64,000 nt of DNA from the NCBI RefSeq assembly GCF_009914755.1, contig NC_060935.1, one strand, 5' to 3'. How positions within the stretch are numbered: position 1 is the stretch's first letter; every line of letters begins with the position of its first letter. The stretch comes from the human T2T-CHM13v2.0 reference genome, Homo sapiens. The position numbers and the translations under genes are program-made. Under the pieces are notes generated by a model that did no database searches, had not been told where the DNA came from, and saw nothing but the letters and a program-made list of their open reading frames with translations. This document shows, piece after piece, positions 62,601 to 64,000 of this stretch.

Positions 62601-64000
62601 GAGAGAGGAGAAAGTATACAAGAATTAGTCCATTCAGGCTATGGGGCTGACAAGGAAACCTTCCTCCTACACAGAGTGAACCTTTCAACCTCTCCCTTCT
62701 CCAACCTCCTCTAATTTAGCTGCCCAATATGCTCAGGTCTCCCCATCCCAAAAGCACCTCCTTTAATCCTCCTTCCCACTTTAGCTAAGCTTTCTGGCTT
62801 TTCCTTCATAGTCAAAACATTACTCACTACATAAGTCTCATACACTCTGCTTTGTTATAGGCTCTGGGGACACAAGATGAACGAGAGCCAGGAGCAGCCT
62901 TGGAGAACTCAAGTTCTGGGCATTGGCCTTGCTCTTGGATTCAAATCTGTGCCTTCCTTAATGGACTGGTCTCCCCGCCCCGGCCCCACCCCAACTCCAT
63001 CTCTTAGTCCTGCAGGGCTGTTTAAACTGGTCCCACCAACAGGCATCACTTTCTTCTAATGTGGACCTTCTACTAAGCTCTTCTCTGGCTGACCAGCACA
63101 GCTCTTGGGTTCTGCAGTGGTCCCCTGTGGCAGGACAGCACTCATCAGTATGAGAAGGGAGATACCATGAGCTCCACGAGCTAAATAGTAGAAGTGAGGG
63201 GGCACTAAAAGGTACAGTTTAGCGGTGAGGTAATGCCCCTCCAGTTTGAGCAGCTCAGGTTCTGGCTCAATACTGATGAGGCTTTGGGATGTCTTGTTCT
63301 TCCAGTCCCAGCCTATCCCACCCCTGACACCTGGCCAACTCTTACTCATCTTTCCATTCTTAGAATTTCCAGGTCACTTTTTCAGAGAAGACTAATGACC
63401 AAGTACCACCCTCCGCCCTACCAAATCAATATGCACATATAAACTTAGGTCACCAGGATATATGCTTTACAGCTCTCTTCATAACAATTATCACTTTGCA
63501 GCTAAATAACTGTTAAATATCGGTGTCCCCTTCTAAGGATGTAAGCCTCGCATGGCATAAGGACTGCATCTGTTTTGTTTGCTGCTGCACTTGCAGCACT
63601 GATATGGCATTTGGCACATAGTAGGCATTCAACAAATGAATGAACTCCCCAGCTCAATCTCAGACCTGAACTGGACATCTCCACTTGAATGCCGCATAGC
63701 TATCTCAAACATCTGCAAAAGTGAATTCATCAACTTAAACCTGGGCCTGCTCCTGAATGGCAACACCATCTACCCAGTCCACAAAGTCCTGCCATTCTTG
63801 ACATTTGACGATTTAGCAAAATCTGCCATTCTTGCTTCCTTAATATCTCTAGAATCTGCTGGTGTCCTAGTTTGGTCCTTAACATCTCTCTCCTATACCA
63901 TGGTATCTGAAAGTAGATCCCTGACTTCAGGGATCTCACAGTCTAGTGGGGGAGAAAGACTTAAACCAAAATAAAACAAAACAAAACCAGACAAAAACAA

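Overview
Human genomic DNA, recognisable as the chr11p15.4 SMPD1-APBB1-HPX-TRIM3 interval; no prokaryotic features. Splice junctions traced by hand give four protein-coding genes. (1) SMPD1 (acid sphingomyelinase, + strand): 6 coding exons, 1056-5066, 1896 nt = 631 aa. (2) APBB1/FE65 (- strand): 14 coding exons, 21807-5993, 2133 nt = 710 aa; includes a 6-nt microexon, a GC-AG intron and two in-frame alternative internal first exons; CpG-island promoter at ~29.1-30.0 kb. (3) HPX (hemopexin, - strand): 10 exons, 51425-41671, 1389 nt = 462 aa. (4) The last five NHL-repeat exons of TRIM3 (- strand, 61900-59490; the 5' part lies beyond the window). The rest is dominated by Alu, L1, L2/MIR, MaLR/ERVL LTRs and one hAT element. 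I see no convincing wholly new system. The best leads are: an exon-like chain with well-formed minus-strand splice sites just upstream of HPX; an ~80-bp tandem duplication that copies the HPX stop codon and poly(A) signal; a tiny polyadenylated, TSD-flanked non-Alu insert inside an Alu linker; a young AluYb8; a 23-nt Alu stub with TSDs; and a UG-rich tract beside the alternative APBB1 exons. Repeat boundaries and subfamily calls are by eye and approximate.
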